Assembly (NCBI GenBank): GCA_012838305.1
Contig: DUPN01000092.1
Coordinates: forward strand, 5,315-69,314
From: Bacillota bacterium
GTDB taxonomy: Bacteria > Bacillota > Limnochordia > Darwinibacteriales > Darwinibacteriaceae
Direction of reading: 5' to 3'
Length of the DNA: 64,000 nt
The notes beneath the pieces are model-generated. The model was not told where the DNA came from, did not search any database, and saw only the letters and a list, made by a program, of their open reading frames with translations. The translations under genes were made by a program, and so were the position numbers. Positions 38,085 through 47,053 of the stretch are shown here, piece by piece; the first letter of the stretch is position 1, and each line of letters opens with the position of its first letter.

Positions 38085-38889
38085 GAAGGAGAGTTTTTGG
38101 TATCGGCTGGGCAGTGGTTTTGTGATTGGCTTGGGACTCGTAATTCCGGGAGTGAGCGGAGGGGTCTTAGCCATGGTTGTAGGCCTCTATGAGCCCATTA
38201 TTGCAGCGGTAGCAAATCCCCTTGCCAATGTGCGGGACAATATCAAGCTCTTGCTCCCGGTGGGCATTGGCTCCGCCATCTGCCTGCTTTTTTTGGCCAG
38301 GATCTTAGAATACCTCTTTGCCCAGCATGCTCTGGTCACCTTGTACTTCTTTTTCGGCTTAGTGATAGCCTCGCTGCCTTCGATGATCAAGATGGTCAAC
38401 AGCAAAGGGTTTCGCCTCTCTTTTTTGGTCAGTCTCTGTGCTGGCTTCGCTGGTTTGCTCTTGATCACCAGCGTGCCTTGGCAAGCTGGAGGAGAGGCCT
38501 CCACTTTAGGCTTTTTGCGCTCCATTTGGCTGGGCAGTATCGTAGGGGTGGGTTTGGTGATTCCGGGTCTGAGCGCTTCGTTTCTGTTGATTGCCTTTGG
38601 ATTTTACGAACAGCTTCTAGGCGCAGTGGTGCACCTGGACTTGGGAGTCTTGATTCCCGTGGCTTTGGGACTTGTGCCCGCCATTGTGCTGGTGTCCAAG
38701 GTAATGAACTGGCTTTTCCAATGGAAACACAGGCATGTATCGTATGTGATCATAGGTTTGATGTTGGGATCACTGTGGGTGGCGTTTCCGGGCTGGCCCC
38801 GTACGAGTTGGGAGCTTCTGCTCTGCGCAGGATTATTCGGCTTGGGGGTCGGTATTGCTTCTTTGTTTTTGCGGGAACAAGCGACCTAA
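38077..38889 (+). CDS. DUF368 family membrane protein (polyprenyl-phosphate transporter PopT-like)
   Basis: Two internal repeats each carrying the VIPGVSGG / VIPGLSAS motif of DUF368. GTG start overlaps the Crp/Fnr stop by 8 nt. Confidence 0.8.
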   Translation: MDKKESFWYRLGSGFVIGLGLVIPGVSGGVLAMVVGLYEPIIAAVANPLANVRDNIKLLLPVGIGSAICLLFLARILEYLFAQHALVTLYFFFGLVIASLPSMIKMVNSKGFRLSFLVSLCAGFAGLLLITSVPWQAGGEASTLGFLRSIWLGSIVGVGLVIPGLSASFLLIAFGFYEQLLGAVVHLDLGVLIPVALGLVPAIVLVSKVMNWLFQWKHRHVSYVIIGLMLGSLWVAFPGWPRTSWELLLCAGLFGLGVGIASLFLREQAT

Positions 38890-38905
38890 TTCTGGTAAGG
38901 GGGTC

Positions 38906-39580
38906 ATGAAAATGTGGTCAAGCGATGATTTTTTCAGCCTGGAAGGTTGTCCCTGCCCGGAGGCGTTGGCTAAGGTTCAATACCCTTGGGAATTGTTGGC
39001 CAAGATCGAGGATCTCATGTGGGAGCTGATCGTGAAGAACCCCGGGAAATACAGGCAGATCACCCCGGGGGTCTGGGTCGGTGCGGGAACAAAAGTGGCC
39101 GATACTGCCACTTTCTTGGGACCGGCTGTTTTTGGAGAGAACTGCGAAATCAGACCCAATGCGCTGATCAGGGGTAATGTATTGGCTGGCAACAGGGTGC
39201 TCTTGGGGAATGCCAGTGAAGTGAAGCAAGCCATTTTGTTCGACCGGGTGCAACTGCCCCACTTCAATTATGTGGGCGACTCCATCTTGGGCTGTGGAGC
39301 GCACTTGGGTGCAGGGGCCATCTTGTCCAATGTTAAGTCCATCAAGGGAACCATCCGCGTTAGTCTGGGTCAAGAGCTGATCGAGACGGGATTGCGCAAG
39401 TTTGGCGCGATCCTAGGGGACCAAGTGGAGGTGGGCTGCAATTCAGTGCTGAATCCAGGCACTTTAGTCGGTGCACATGCATTGATCTACCCTCTGAGCT
39501 CTGTCCGGGGGACCATTCCCCCCAGGATGATCTACAAGGGGAAGAACGATCTAGTCCCCTATCAGCAGGACCTGAAGTAG
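38906..39580 (+). CDS. left-handed beta-helix (hexapeptide-repeat) protein, sugar-nucleotidyl/acyltransferase C-terminal-domain-like
   Basis: Repeated [LIV]G-x-x-x-x hexapeptide pattern (VGAGTKV, IRGNVLAGNRVLLGNASEV, LGCGAHLGAGAILSNV...). Start is 38906 or 38912. Confidence 0.55.
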   Translation: MKMWSSDDFFSLEGCPCPEALAKVQYPWELLAKIEDLMWELIVKNPGKYRQITPGVWVGAGTKVADTATFLGPAVFGENCEIRPNALIRGNVLAGNRVLLGNASEVKQAILFDRVQLPHFNYVGDSILGCGAHLGAGAILSNVKSIKGTIRVSLGQELIETGLRKFGAILGDQVEVGCNSVLNPGTLVGAHALIYPLSSVRGTIPPRMIYKGKNDLVPYQQDLK

Positions 39581-40723
39581 GTCGAGAAATCGACTGCGCT
39601 GGCTGGGATCGGCGAAAAAAACCTGGGCGGTGCCTGCGCTTCCGCCGCCTTTGCCCCCGAGGGACTGGGCGTGTTCCTTGACTAACTGTCCCAGGTCAAG
39701 CCCTGTCTTCAGATTGTGCGCCAAGAGGAGACGCTCGCCAAGATCCATCACCACAACGGCGTTTGTTAAGGCTAAAATCGAACGGGCCAGCATTTGTCCC
39801 TCTTCGATGCTAGCACCGGGTACGTTCAGGAAAAAAGGACTGCGGCCCTGGGCTACAATTTCGCCGGCCCGAAAATTCATGAGCTCCCCCCGGAGCCTGT
39901 GTAGTTGTTGTTCTAGCTCCCGTTTCTGTTCTAGCTCTAGAGCTAGGCGTGCAGACAACTCTGTTTCGGGAACAGATAGTTGGGATCCTAGATCCTGGCA
40001 GATTTGGTGTTTTCGTCCATAGTCACGCAGGGCTCTGTTTCCACAGAGGAAGTACACTCGGGTCATGCCCTTGTATTTTTCCACTTTGACTAACTTGACC
40101 AGGCCAATTTGGGCAGTGCTCGCTACATGTGTACCCGAACAGGGGGAGTAATCCAGTCCCTCAATCTCCACAATGCGCAGATCACCTGCACGATTGGGTA
40201 TCTTCCGGAGAGGAACTTTTTTGTACTCTTCAGGACGCAGGGTGTAGGTCAAGACGGGCCGACTAGAGAAAATCAGCTCGTTAACTCGGGCTTCCACTTT
40301 GCGATGCACTTCTGCGGAGAGTACGGGCGTGGAAATATCGATGCTGCAGTACTCCTCACCCAGATGAAAACTCTCGGTGCGATACCCCAAGGTATCGTGG
40401 AAAACAGAAGAGAGAAGATGCTGTCCGCTATGCTGCTGCATATGATCGAGGCGGCGCGGCCAATCGAGGACGCAGAAGGCAGAATCTCCCTGTAAGGCCT
40501 GCTCCAGGCGGTGGAGGATGACCCCGTCCTTTTCGAATACATCAAGGAGGGCAACTCCGTTGATAGTCCCGAGATCATGAGGTTGACCCCCTCCAGTGGG
40601 GTAGAAAATGGTCTCTTCCAGAACCACCAGGTGTTGGTCATCTTCGTTGTGGTGAGAGAGGATCTTTGTATCCAGTTCTTGCAGCCAGGGATGGGTGTAA
40701 TACAGTTTGCAGATGAAGACCAC
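39551..40723 (-). CDS. alaX: alanyl-tRNA editing protein AlaX-L type (tRNA synthetase SAD + DHHA1-like domains)
   Basis: N-terminal LYYTHPW...ETIFYPTGGGQPHD, HxxxH-type zinc motif (HSGQHLLSSVFH), CxxxH. GTG start. Overlaps the convergent gene by 30 nt. Confidence 0.75.
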   Translation of the reverse strand: MVFICKLYYTHPWLQELDTKILSHHNEDDQHLVVLEETIFYPTGGGQPHDLGTINGVALLDVFEKDGVILHRLEQALQGDSAFCVLDWPRRLDHMQQHSGQHLLSSVFHDTLGYRTESFHLGEEYCSIDISTPVLSAEVHRKVEARVNELIFSSRPVLTYTLRPEEYKKVPLRKIPNRAGDLRIVEIEGLDYSPCSGTHVASTAQIGLVKLVKVEKYKGMTRVYFLCGNRALRDYGRKHQICQDLGSQLSVPETELSARLALELEQKRELEQQLHRLRGELMNFRAGEIVAQGRSPFFLNVPGASIEEGQMLARSILALTNAVVVMDLGERLLLAHNLKTGLDLGQLVKEHAQSLGGKGGGSAGTAQVFFADPSQRSRFLDLLQVLLIGD

Positions 40724-40731
40724 TTCCTCTC

Positions 40732-41598
40732 TTAGTGCACTGTTTCGGCGGTAAAGGGTCGTTTGAAGAGTCCGAGTTTTGTAAAGGTGAAGGGGGCGCC
40801 GAGGCTAGCCCACAGTCCGATAAACCCATAGCGTACTACATAATCGATTCCAGGCGGCAACCAGCTCACTAAGGGTTTGAGAGCAATGCGCAGCAAGAAA
40901 AGGACAATCAGCCCCAAGGCCATCTTCAAGATGTTTTGCAGTGGCGAGGCTTCCTCATGGAAGCCAACATAGCGGAGTTCTAATGGATAGCCGCAAAGTG
41001 CTCCCAGGAGAAAGCCCACTGTCATGGGCCCGTCGCCTGTAGGATGGAGAAGATAGAGGACGAGGGCGGCTAAAAAGGAGACGAGCATCCAGCTGCCAAG
41101 GGGAACGTCCTCCAATTCCACTTTGGACAAGTAAAAGTAGGCCAGGAGTAGAAGCACTCCAATCAGCACTCCGCCAAGGATATCCGCGGGCCAATGGACT
41201 CCCAGATAGATGCGGGACATGCTCACCAGCAGGACCATCAAAACAGCACCGGCCCAGGCCAGAGGTTTGTTCAGCCTGAGGGCCAGAAAACCCCAAAACG
41301 CCGTGCTTCCCTGGGCGTGCCCGCTAGGGAAGGCATAGCCCTCTTGCTCCACCAGGCGAAGTTCTCTCGCTGGACGCTCCGTGGCAAAGAGGTGTTTGAC
41401 CCCCGAGTTAACATAGGCTGAGAAGATAAAGAAGACGGCAAAACGAAAACCGAAATGCTTGTCGATAAGCCAATACACCACCGGAATGGCGAACATGTAA
41501 AACTCCAGGGAACCTAGGTTTGTAACGGCTGTAAAAAAGGCGGTCAAGGCAGGGTTGGCGAATTCCTGTGCCCATAGAATAGGGGTCAGACCACTCAT
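40732..41598 (-). CDS. PAP2 family phosphatase (membrane)
   Basis: KxxxxxxRP (FATERPAR), PSGH and SRxxxxxHxxxD (SMSRIYLGVHWPADILGG) motifs. ATG 41598 fits SD AAGGAG better than the track's 41607. Confidence 0.85.
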   Translation of the reverse strand: MSGLTPILWAQEFANPALTAFFTAVTNLGSLEFYMFAIPVVYWLIDKHFGFRFAVFFIFSAYVNSGVKHLFATERPARELRLVEQEGYAFPSGHAQGSTAFWGFLALRLNKPLAWAGAVLMVLLVSMSRIYLGVHWPADILGGVLIGVLLLLAYFYLSKVELEDVPLGSWMLVSFLAALVLYLLHPTGDGPMTVGFLLGALCGYPLELRYVGFHEEASPLQNILKMALGLIVLFLLRIALKPLVSWLPPGIDYVVRYGFIGLWASLGAPFTFTKLGLFKRPFTAETVH

Positions 41599-41725
41599 CC
41601 TGAACATCTCCTTGTAAATGATTTGTGATCAATATTCTAAGTCTCTGCTAGTAGTCCTTCCCCAGGCTCTGCAAAGGAGGATTTTTCTTGGCGGAAGGTG
41701 AACCAGTAGAGGGGGTGAGTGCGCT

Positions 41726-42358
41726 ATGAAGATCAAGGAGCCGGTAAATGCCCTGACACACTTCGCTATGTTTCTTGCTGGCATAGTTGGCTTGGTACTC
41801 CTGGTGTGGAAGGGGTGGGGAACGGTCCCGGGGGTTCTTGTGGCTTTGGTTTTCGGTCTCAGTATCATTCTGCTGTATGGGGCGAGTACCTTGTACCATT
41901 GGGTTCGGACTACGTCCAAGAAGGAACTACTACTGCGAAAACTGGACCACATCTCCATCTATGTCCTAATTGCAGGTACCTACACACCCGTTCTGTACTA
42001 TGGCTTAGAGGGTAGGTGGAGGTGGGCTTTACTGCTTACCATTTGGGGCTTGGCACTTATTGGAGCCATCCTCAAAATCTGGCTGGTTCGTTTACCGCGT
42101 GCAATCACCGCAGGGTTTTACTTGGGTCTGGGCTGGATGGCTGTGATTCCCCTCAAGCAGCTTGTAGAGACTCTACCACGATCAGCCATCATCCTGTTGC
42201 TCGCCGGAGGGCTCGCCTATACCCTTGGTGCCGTAATCTATGCCACGAAGATTTTCAACTTCGTTCCCAAACGCTTTGGATTCCATGAGGTTTTCCACAT
42301 CTTCGTGGGTCTGGGCACAATTCTGCATTTTTTGATGGTCTTCCTTTTTGTCCTGTAG
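41726..42358 (+). CDS. hemolysin III family protein (PAQR/channel protein)
   Basis: 210 aa, 7 TM, N-terminal NALTHFAMFLAGIV and HxxxH motif (HEVFHIFV). Confidence 0.9.
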   Translation: MKIKEPVNALTHFAMFLAGIVGLVLLVWKGWGTVPGVLVALVFGLSIILLYGASTLYHWVRTTSKKELLLRKLDHISIYVLIAGTYTPVLYYGLEGRWRWALLLTIWGLALIGAILKIWLVRLPRAITAGFYLGLGWMAVIPLKQLVETLPRSAIILLLAGGLAYTLGAVIYATKIFNFVPKRFGFHEVFHIFVGLGTILHFLMVFLFVL

Positions 42359-42401
42359 GCGGGGAAAGTGGGATGCCCACAGTAGAGCGGAGAGTTGTTA
42401 G

Positions 42402-43556
42402 ATGACAAAGAACAAAGAGATAGTCTTGGTTTTGCTGATTACCTTTCTATACCACACCATGAACCAAATGTTCGTACCCACCCTGCCCCTTTACATCAGC
42501 GATCGAGGTGGGGGAGAAGTGGTGGTGGGAGGGATAGTGGGTCTCTTGTCGGTTGGAGCGATTGTGGCTAAAGCCTATCTGGGAAAAACCGCCACTCGTC
42601 GCTCCAACCTTTTTGTGCTTAGGATCGGTTTGGTCACCGCTACCTTGGTCCTGTTTTTGTACCAACCCTTTTTCGGCTTCGCATTCTTAGCTTTGGTACG
42701 CCTGCTGCAAAGTCTCGGGCTCGGGGGGTTTGTGGTGGGAGCCCAGGGAATGCTTTCTGACCACACGGAGCGCCAGAATCGCGGTTTTTTCTTCGGCATC
42801 TTTGCGGCCATGATCGGCCTGGGTATGATGGCTGGTCCGTTGCTAGGGAGTTTCTTGGCCGAGAACCTTGGCTATCCCATGCTCTTTCGGGGGGCAACCT
42901 TAGTGGTTGGTTTGGCCGCTGCTTTGAGCTTTATGATCAAAGAGAAAGCCAATATGAGCGGACCTGGGATGGGCCGTAAGTACCAACCCCATTCCCCTTG
43001 GAAGAACAGGGAGCTCCTGGTATTGAGCGGAAGTATGCTGGTGAGCGCCGCTGTTGTCGGAGCAACCTCCTCCATGCTTACACTTCACGCCAGGGCCGTG
43101 GGGATTGCCAGCCCCAGTTTGTTCTTCAGTCTACTTGCCCTAGCATATACCTTAAGCGGTGCCGCTTGCGGACATTTATCCGACCGCTTCGGACGCCATG
43201 CCCTGATCATTCCAGGCTTTGGTCTTTTGATCCTAGGGCTATTACTTCTCGCTGGATTGAACGGGATGACCCTTCTTATTCTCGCCGCGGTTCTCGTGGG
43301 AGTGGGCTTTGGTTGCGTGAACACAGTACTGATGGCCATGGTGCCGGGGGTAAGTGTTAACGAGGTGGATACCGCCAATGATCTGGCCTTCTTCAGCAAT
43401 GCCTTCGATCTGGGAATTGTTGTGGGCTCCATGGGCCTCTCCTGGCTGGCGGCCAAGTCCTATGGTCTGTTTTGGCTTGCGGTGGCGGTTCTCAACGTCT
43501 TTGGGTTACTGTTATACGTAAGGTGCAATCCTAAGCAGCGAAGTGCGAGGGCCTAG
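42402..43556 (+). CDS. MFS transporter
   Basis: 384 aa, 12 TM, MFS signature GxLxDRxGRR-like loop (LSDRFGRH). Confidence 0.85.
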   Translation: MTKNKEIVLVLLITFLYHTMNQMFVPTLPLYISDRGGGEVVVGGIVGLLSVGAIVAKAYLGKTATRRSNLFVLRIGLVTATLVLFLYQPFFGFAFLALVRLLQSLGLGGFVVGAQGMLSDHTERQNRGFFFGIFAAMIGLGMMAGPLLGSFLAENLGYPMLFRGATLVVGLAAALSFMIKEKANMSGPGMGRKYQPHSPWKNRELLVLSGSMLVSAAVVGATSSMLTLHARAVGIASPSLFFSLLALAYTLSGAACGHLSDRFGRHALIIPGFGLLILGLLLLAGLNGMTLLILAAVLVGVGFGCVNTVLMAMVPGVSVNEVDTANDLAFFSNAFDLGIVVGSMGLSWLAAKSYGLFWLAVAVLNVFGLLLYVRCNPKQRSARA

Positions 43557-43578
43557 GTATGACCTGAGCCCTTGTTCT

Positions 43579-44835
43579 TTAGTTACTGTCTAGTTCCTGA
43601 ATGTAGAGATTGGCTTCTTGCACCGCATTGCGGAAGATTGGTTCAGGATTGACGTTGCCATACAGGGCTTCTTCTGCGGCCACACCAAGAATGCGGGAGA
43701 TGTCCGCGTAACTCACTGTGTTGGGCCGAGCCCTAGAGTACTCAAACTGATCAAGAACCACCTGCATGTACGGCTCACGCTGGAGGTATTGCTGGTAGGC
43801 GTGGGAGTCTCTCACCGAGAGCCTCAGGGGAATATAGCCCGTGGCTATGCTCCACTTGAGATTGTTCTCTTCGTTCGACATCCACTCCACAAATTGCCAG
43901 GCCGCTTTCTCCTTGGCTGGAGTTGTCTTGAATATGGCCAGACTGCTGCCACCGACGCCGGTGACAGTATGTTTATAGCTTGGAATCGCTGCCACTCCCA
44001 AGTCGAAGTCTACTCTGTCTTTCGTTGCTGCAATGGATGACGTGCTAGAATACTGCATGGCAATGCGTCCGGTCTCAAACCCCTCTGCGGGAGGAGAAAG
44101 GGATAGAACTTTGTGTTTGTGGGCCAGATCGATCCAGAACTGCGCTGTTTCGATGGCGGCCTGGCTGTGGAAGACAGCCTCTGTGTAGTCCTCACTGTAC
44201 AACTCGCCTCCTGCTTGCCACAGGAAGGTAATAAAGGCATACATGGATCCTAGGTTAGCTCGGGTAGTGAAGTTCAGGCCCCATTCATCAGTTCGCCCAT
44301 CTCCGTCCAGATCTCGGGTTAGGGCATGGGCGTATTCCACGAGCTCATCCCATGAGGTTGGGGGTTGCTCCGGGTCCAAACCAACCTCCCGGAACTTGTC
44401 CTTATTGTATAGAAGGATCTGGTTACTTAAGGAAAAAGGAACGGTCCAAGCTTCGCCACGTACGGTGACTGTGTCCCGGGACACTTGGCTGAAGTCCTGT
44501 AAATACTCCTCGGGGTTGACAAAGTGGCCCAGGGGCAAAAGGGCACCGGTGGCCACCATTAGGGGAGGCCAGAATTGATCCACCAAGGCGACATCAGGCG
44601 GGACGTTCCCGGCCACGGCCGCCAGCAGTTTGTCCCTGGTGCCAAACTGGTTTCCCGTATAAAGCACCTCCACCTGGATCTGGGGATGCTGGGCATTGAA
44701 CTCTGCCACCATTTCCTCATGAATTCTGGCGTTGTCCCCGCCGAGGTAATGCCAGTACGTGATGGTTGTGACATTGGCGTGGCTTGGTGCGGAAACAAGG
44801 ATCAAAATGGCAATAAACAGAATGACCTTTTTCAA
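43579..44835 (-). CDS. ABC transporter substrate-binding protein (extracellular solute-binding family 1), orphan
   Basis: SBP_bac_1-type sequence with N-terminal signal peptide. TTG 44835 with SD GAGGAG at 8 nt. The track start 44853 includes the SD. No adjacent permease or ATPase genes. Confidence 0.8.
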   Translation of the reverse strand: MKKVILFIAILILVSAPSHANVTTITYWHYLGGDNARIHEEMVAEFNAQHPQIQVEVLYTGNQFGTRDKLLAAVAGNVPPDVALVDQFWPPLMVATGALLPLGHFVNPEEYLQDFSQVSRDTVTVRGEAWTVPFSLSNQILLYNKDKFREVGLDPEQPPTSWDELVEYAHALTRDLDGDGRTDEWGLNFTTRANLGSMYAFITFLWQAGGELYSEDYTEAVFHSQAAIETAQFWIDLAHKHKVLSLSPPAEGFETGRIAMQYSSTSSIAATKDRVDFDLGVAAIPSYKHTVTGVGGSSLAIFKTTPAKEKAAWQFVEWMSNEENNLKWSIATGYIPLRLSVRDSHAYQQYLQREPYMQVVLDQFEYSRARPNTVSYADISRILGVAAEEALYGNVNPEPIFRNAVQEANLYIQELDSN

Positions 44836-45073
44836 CAGAATGACTCCTCTCAAATTGAACTTGGAGACTGAACAGAAAAAAGAGCAAGCTGAAATTCTTC
44901 AGGTTGCTCTTGACTTGCACGGCAAAGACTCGGATGCCGCCTACTCTTCTCTCATCCAGACTATACTGTCGGTTTTGGAGTTTCACCAAATCAGCCATCG
45001 TTTTGATCGCTCGCGGACTGTAACCGCCGGTGGGGAATTGCACCCCGCCCCGAAGAAGTTTCTATGCGCTTTT
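44836..45073 (-). ncRNA. candidate riboswitch-like 5' leader (cobalamin-riboswitch-like motifs; class not established)
   Basis: On the minus strand, after the promoter. Internally duplicated module GGGG-TGCAATT-CCCC-A-CCGG-CGGTTACAGTCCG followed by TTTGG-TGAAACT-CCAAA-A-CCGA-CAGTATAGTCTGG. GGTGCAATTCC and GGTGAAACTCC resemble the cobalamin GGTGAAAATCC element, and AGTCAAGAGCAACCTG resembles the B12 box (AGYCMGGAGACCTGCC) and overlaps the attenuator stem. Confidence 0.35.
44872..44910 (-). terminator. leader attenuator (intrinsic terminator) upstream of the solute-binding-protein start
   Basis: Minus strand: AGAGCAA-C-CTGAA-GAAT-TTCAG-C-TTGCTCT hairpin followed by TTTTTTCTG. Sits between the aptamer-like region and the SD. 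Confidence 0.6.
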
Positions 45074-45080
45074 CGGATTA

Positions 45081-45109
45081 ATTATAGCGCAGACCAAAAG
45101 GACAGTCAA
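45081..45109 (-). promoter_or_regulatory. sigma-A-type promoter (TTGACT-17-TATAAT) driving the riboswitch-like leader and SBP gene
   Basis: Minus strand TTGACT (45109-45104), 17-nt spacer, TATAAT (45086-45081). Confidence 0.6.
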
Positions 45110-45242
45110 GGACGACTGCTCTGCGTTTCCTGGGGTACTGGGCGGGAAGAGGCGGTTATGGCTGCCTCCCTTGCAGCGACCTCTAGGAGTAAGGCGGCGC
45201 CTCACGCAATCTTGAGAGACGCCTAGAAGGTCCCTAGGATGG

Positions 45243-45266
45243 AAAAAGGCCCCCGCAAGGGAGGCC
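45243..45266 (-). terminator. intrinsic terminator of the ABC exporter operon
   Basis: Minus strand GGCCTCCC-TTGC-GGGGGCC followed by TTTTTCC, starting at the TAG stop of the exporter gene. Confidence 0.75.
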
Positions 45267-47041
45267 TAGCCCTCTAGAAACTGGTTGGTATACAGGCGGT
45301 AATAGTATCCCTTGGCAGCCATCAATTGGCTATGGCTGCCCTTTTCTTCGACCTTTCCGCCACGAATGACGAGAATACGATCGGCAGAACGTACCGTGGA
45401 CAAGCGGTGGGCGATGATGAAGCTGGTTCGCCCCTTCAAGACCGTCTGAATGGCGTCTTGAATGAGCATTTCTGTTTCGGTATCGATGGATGAGGTGGCC
45501 TCATCCAGCACGAAAATGCTGGGATTAGCCAAAATCGCCCGGGCAAAGGAGATCAGCTGTTTCTGGCCCGTGGATAGCAGGCCGCCTCCTTCGCCCACCT
45601 CCGTATCGTAACCCTTAGGCAATTTCGTGATGAACTCGTGGGCGTTCACCATCTTGGCCGCCTCTTCCACCTCCGCGTCGGATGCCTGTAGTCTCCCATA
45701 ACGGATATTCTCTCTGATGCTTCCAGAGAAGAGATGAGGACTCTGCAGGACATAGCCCAAGTGGCTCTGCAGCCAGGAGAGGGGCCTCTCCCGGTAATCC
45801 ACACCATCGATGAGTACCCGTCCTTTAGTGGGTTCGTAGAAGCGGCAGGCAAGGTTGACAATAGTGCTCTTGCCAGAGCCCGTTTCGCCCACTAAGGCTA
45901 CGGTCTGCCCCGGTTCAACCTTCAGGTTAAAATCCGTGAGGACCGGCTCTTGAGGATTATAGGCGAAGGAGACGTTTTCGAATTCAATGGCACCTACAAG
46001 AGGTGGGCAGTTCCGGCCAAGTCCAGGTTGATCCTTTATCTCGGGTTCTGTGTTCAGCAAGCCCATGACCCTTTCGGCAGAGGCATGGGCCATCTGCAGC
46101 TCCGCAAAGATCCTGGCGATTTCCCTCACTGGTTCAAAGAACTGCACCGTATAGGAGACAAAGGCCACAAAGACCCCGTAGGAGATGGTTCCTGCCACGA
46201 CTCCATCACCCCCAACCCACAAAGTGAGACTGGTTCCAATGCTTCCCAACACAAGGACGATGGGTAGAAACAGCGCAGAAAAGGTGGCCGCTCGAATACT
46301 CGAGGCTCTCAGCCCCGAGGTGAGAGTCTGGAATTCCTCCAAATTCCGATCTTCTCTGCTCAGAATTTTGGTGGTTGTAGCCCCTATGATCCCTTCGTTG
46401 AAAGAACCCGTAATCTTGGAGTTGACGCGGCGCACATCCCGGTAGGATCGTAAGATCCTGCGCTGAAAATAGACGCTGGCTACCGCCAGGATGGGTAGGA
46501 TGCAGACTGTCAAAAGGGCCAATCGCCAGTTCATGCTAAACATTACAATGGAATAGAACAACATGGCCACGCCGCCCCACAAAAGATCGACTAGGCCCCA
46601 GCCCACAACGTCGCCTAGACGGTTCACATCACTGGTGAGCCGGGCCAATAGCCATCCTACCGCTCTTTTGTCATAGAACGAAAAGGACAGCTCATGGAGG
46701 TGCTCGAAGCCCGCCTGACGGATTGCGTAAGTGAGCGAGGTTTCTACCTTGCCCGCCATGTTAATAAAGAGGTAGACACTGGCACTTTGGTACAGCACCA
46801 AGAGCAGGAACGCCCCGGCGAACCAAATGAGCCCGTCGGTGTTTTGGGGAACCACAAAGCGGTCGACTGCAATTTTTGTCATGTAGGGAAAGAGGGCATC
46901 CCCTGCGGCCAGGGCCACTGACCCCAACATAGCGAAGAGAATGTAGCGCCTGTAGGGCTTTGCCAATTGCAGGATTTGCCGCCATAGTCTAACATCAATC
47001 TTCTCTTCGTGAATTTCTTCTTGCATCATTACCTGTTGCAT
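45266..47041 (-). CDS. ABC transporter ATP-binding protein/permease (type I exporter half-transporter, heterodimer partner B)
   Basis: 591 aa, 6 TM + NBD with Walker A GETGSGKST, signature LSTGQKQL, Walker B ILVLDEATS. SD AAGGTGA. Confidence 0.9.
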   Translation of the reverse strand: MQQVMMQEEIHEEKIDVRLWRQILQLAKPYRRYILFAMLGSVALAAGDALFPYMTKIAVDRFVVPQNTDGLIWFAGAFLLLVLYQSASVYLFINMAGKVETSLTYAIRQAGFEHLHELSFSFYDKRAVGWLLARLTSDVNRLGDVVGWGLVDLLWGGVAMLFYSIVMFSMNWRLALLTVCILPILAVASVYFQRRILRSYRDVRRVNSKITGSFNEGIIGATTTKILSREDRNLEEFQTLTSGLRASSIRAATFSALFLPIVLVLGSIGTSLTLWVGGDGVVAGTISYGVFVAFVSYTVQFFEPVREIARIFAELQMAHASAERVMGLLNTEPEIKDQPGLGRNCPPLVGAIEFENVSFAYNPQEPVLTDFNLKVEPGQTVALVGETGSGKSTIVNLACRFYEPTKGRVLIDGVDYRERPLSWLQSHLGYVLQSPHLFSGSIRENIRYGRLQASDAEVEEAAKMVNAHEFITKLPKGYDTEVGEGGGLLSTGQKQLISFARAILANPSIFVLDEATSSIDTETEMLIQDAIQTVLKGRTSFIIAHRLSTVRSADRILVIRGGKVEEKGSHSQLMAAKGYYYRLYTNQFLEG

Positions 47042-47053
47042 AGGATCACCTTT

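Noticed and set aside
44717-45226. Track ORFs 44717..45043 (-) and 44759..45226 (+) in the SBP upstream region
   Set aside because: They span the promoter, leader and terminator and have no SD. The region is better explained as a structured 5' UTR.
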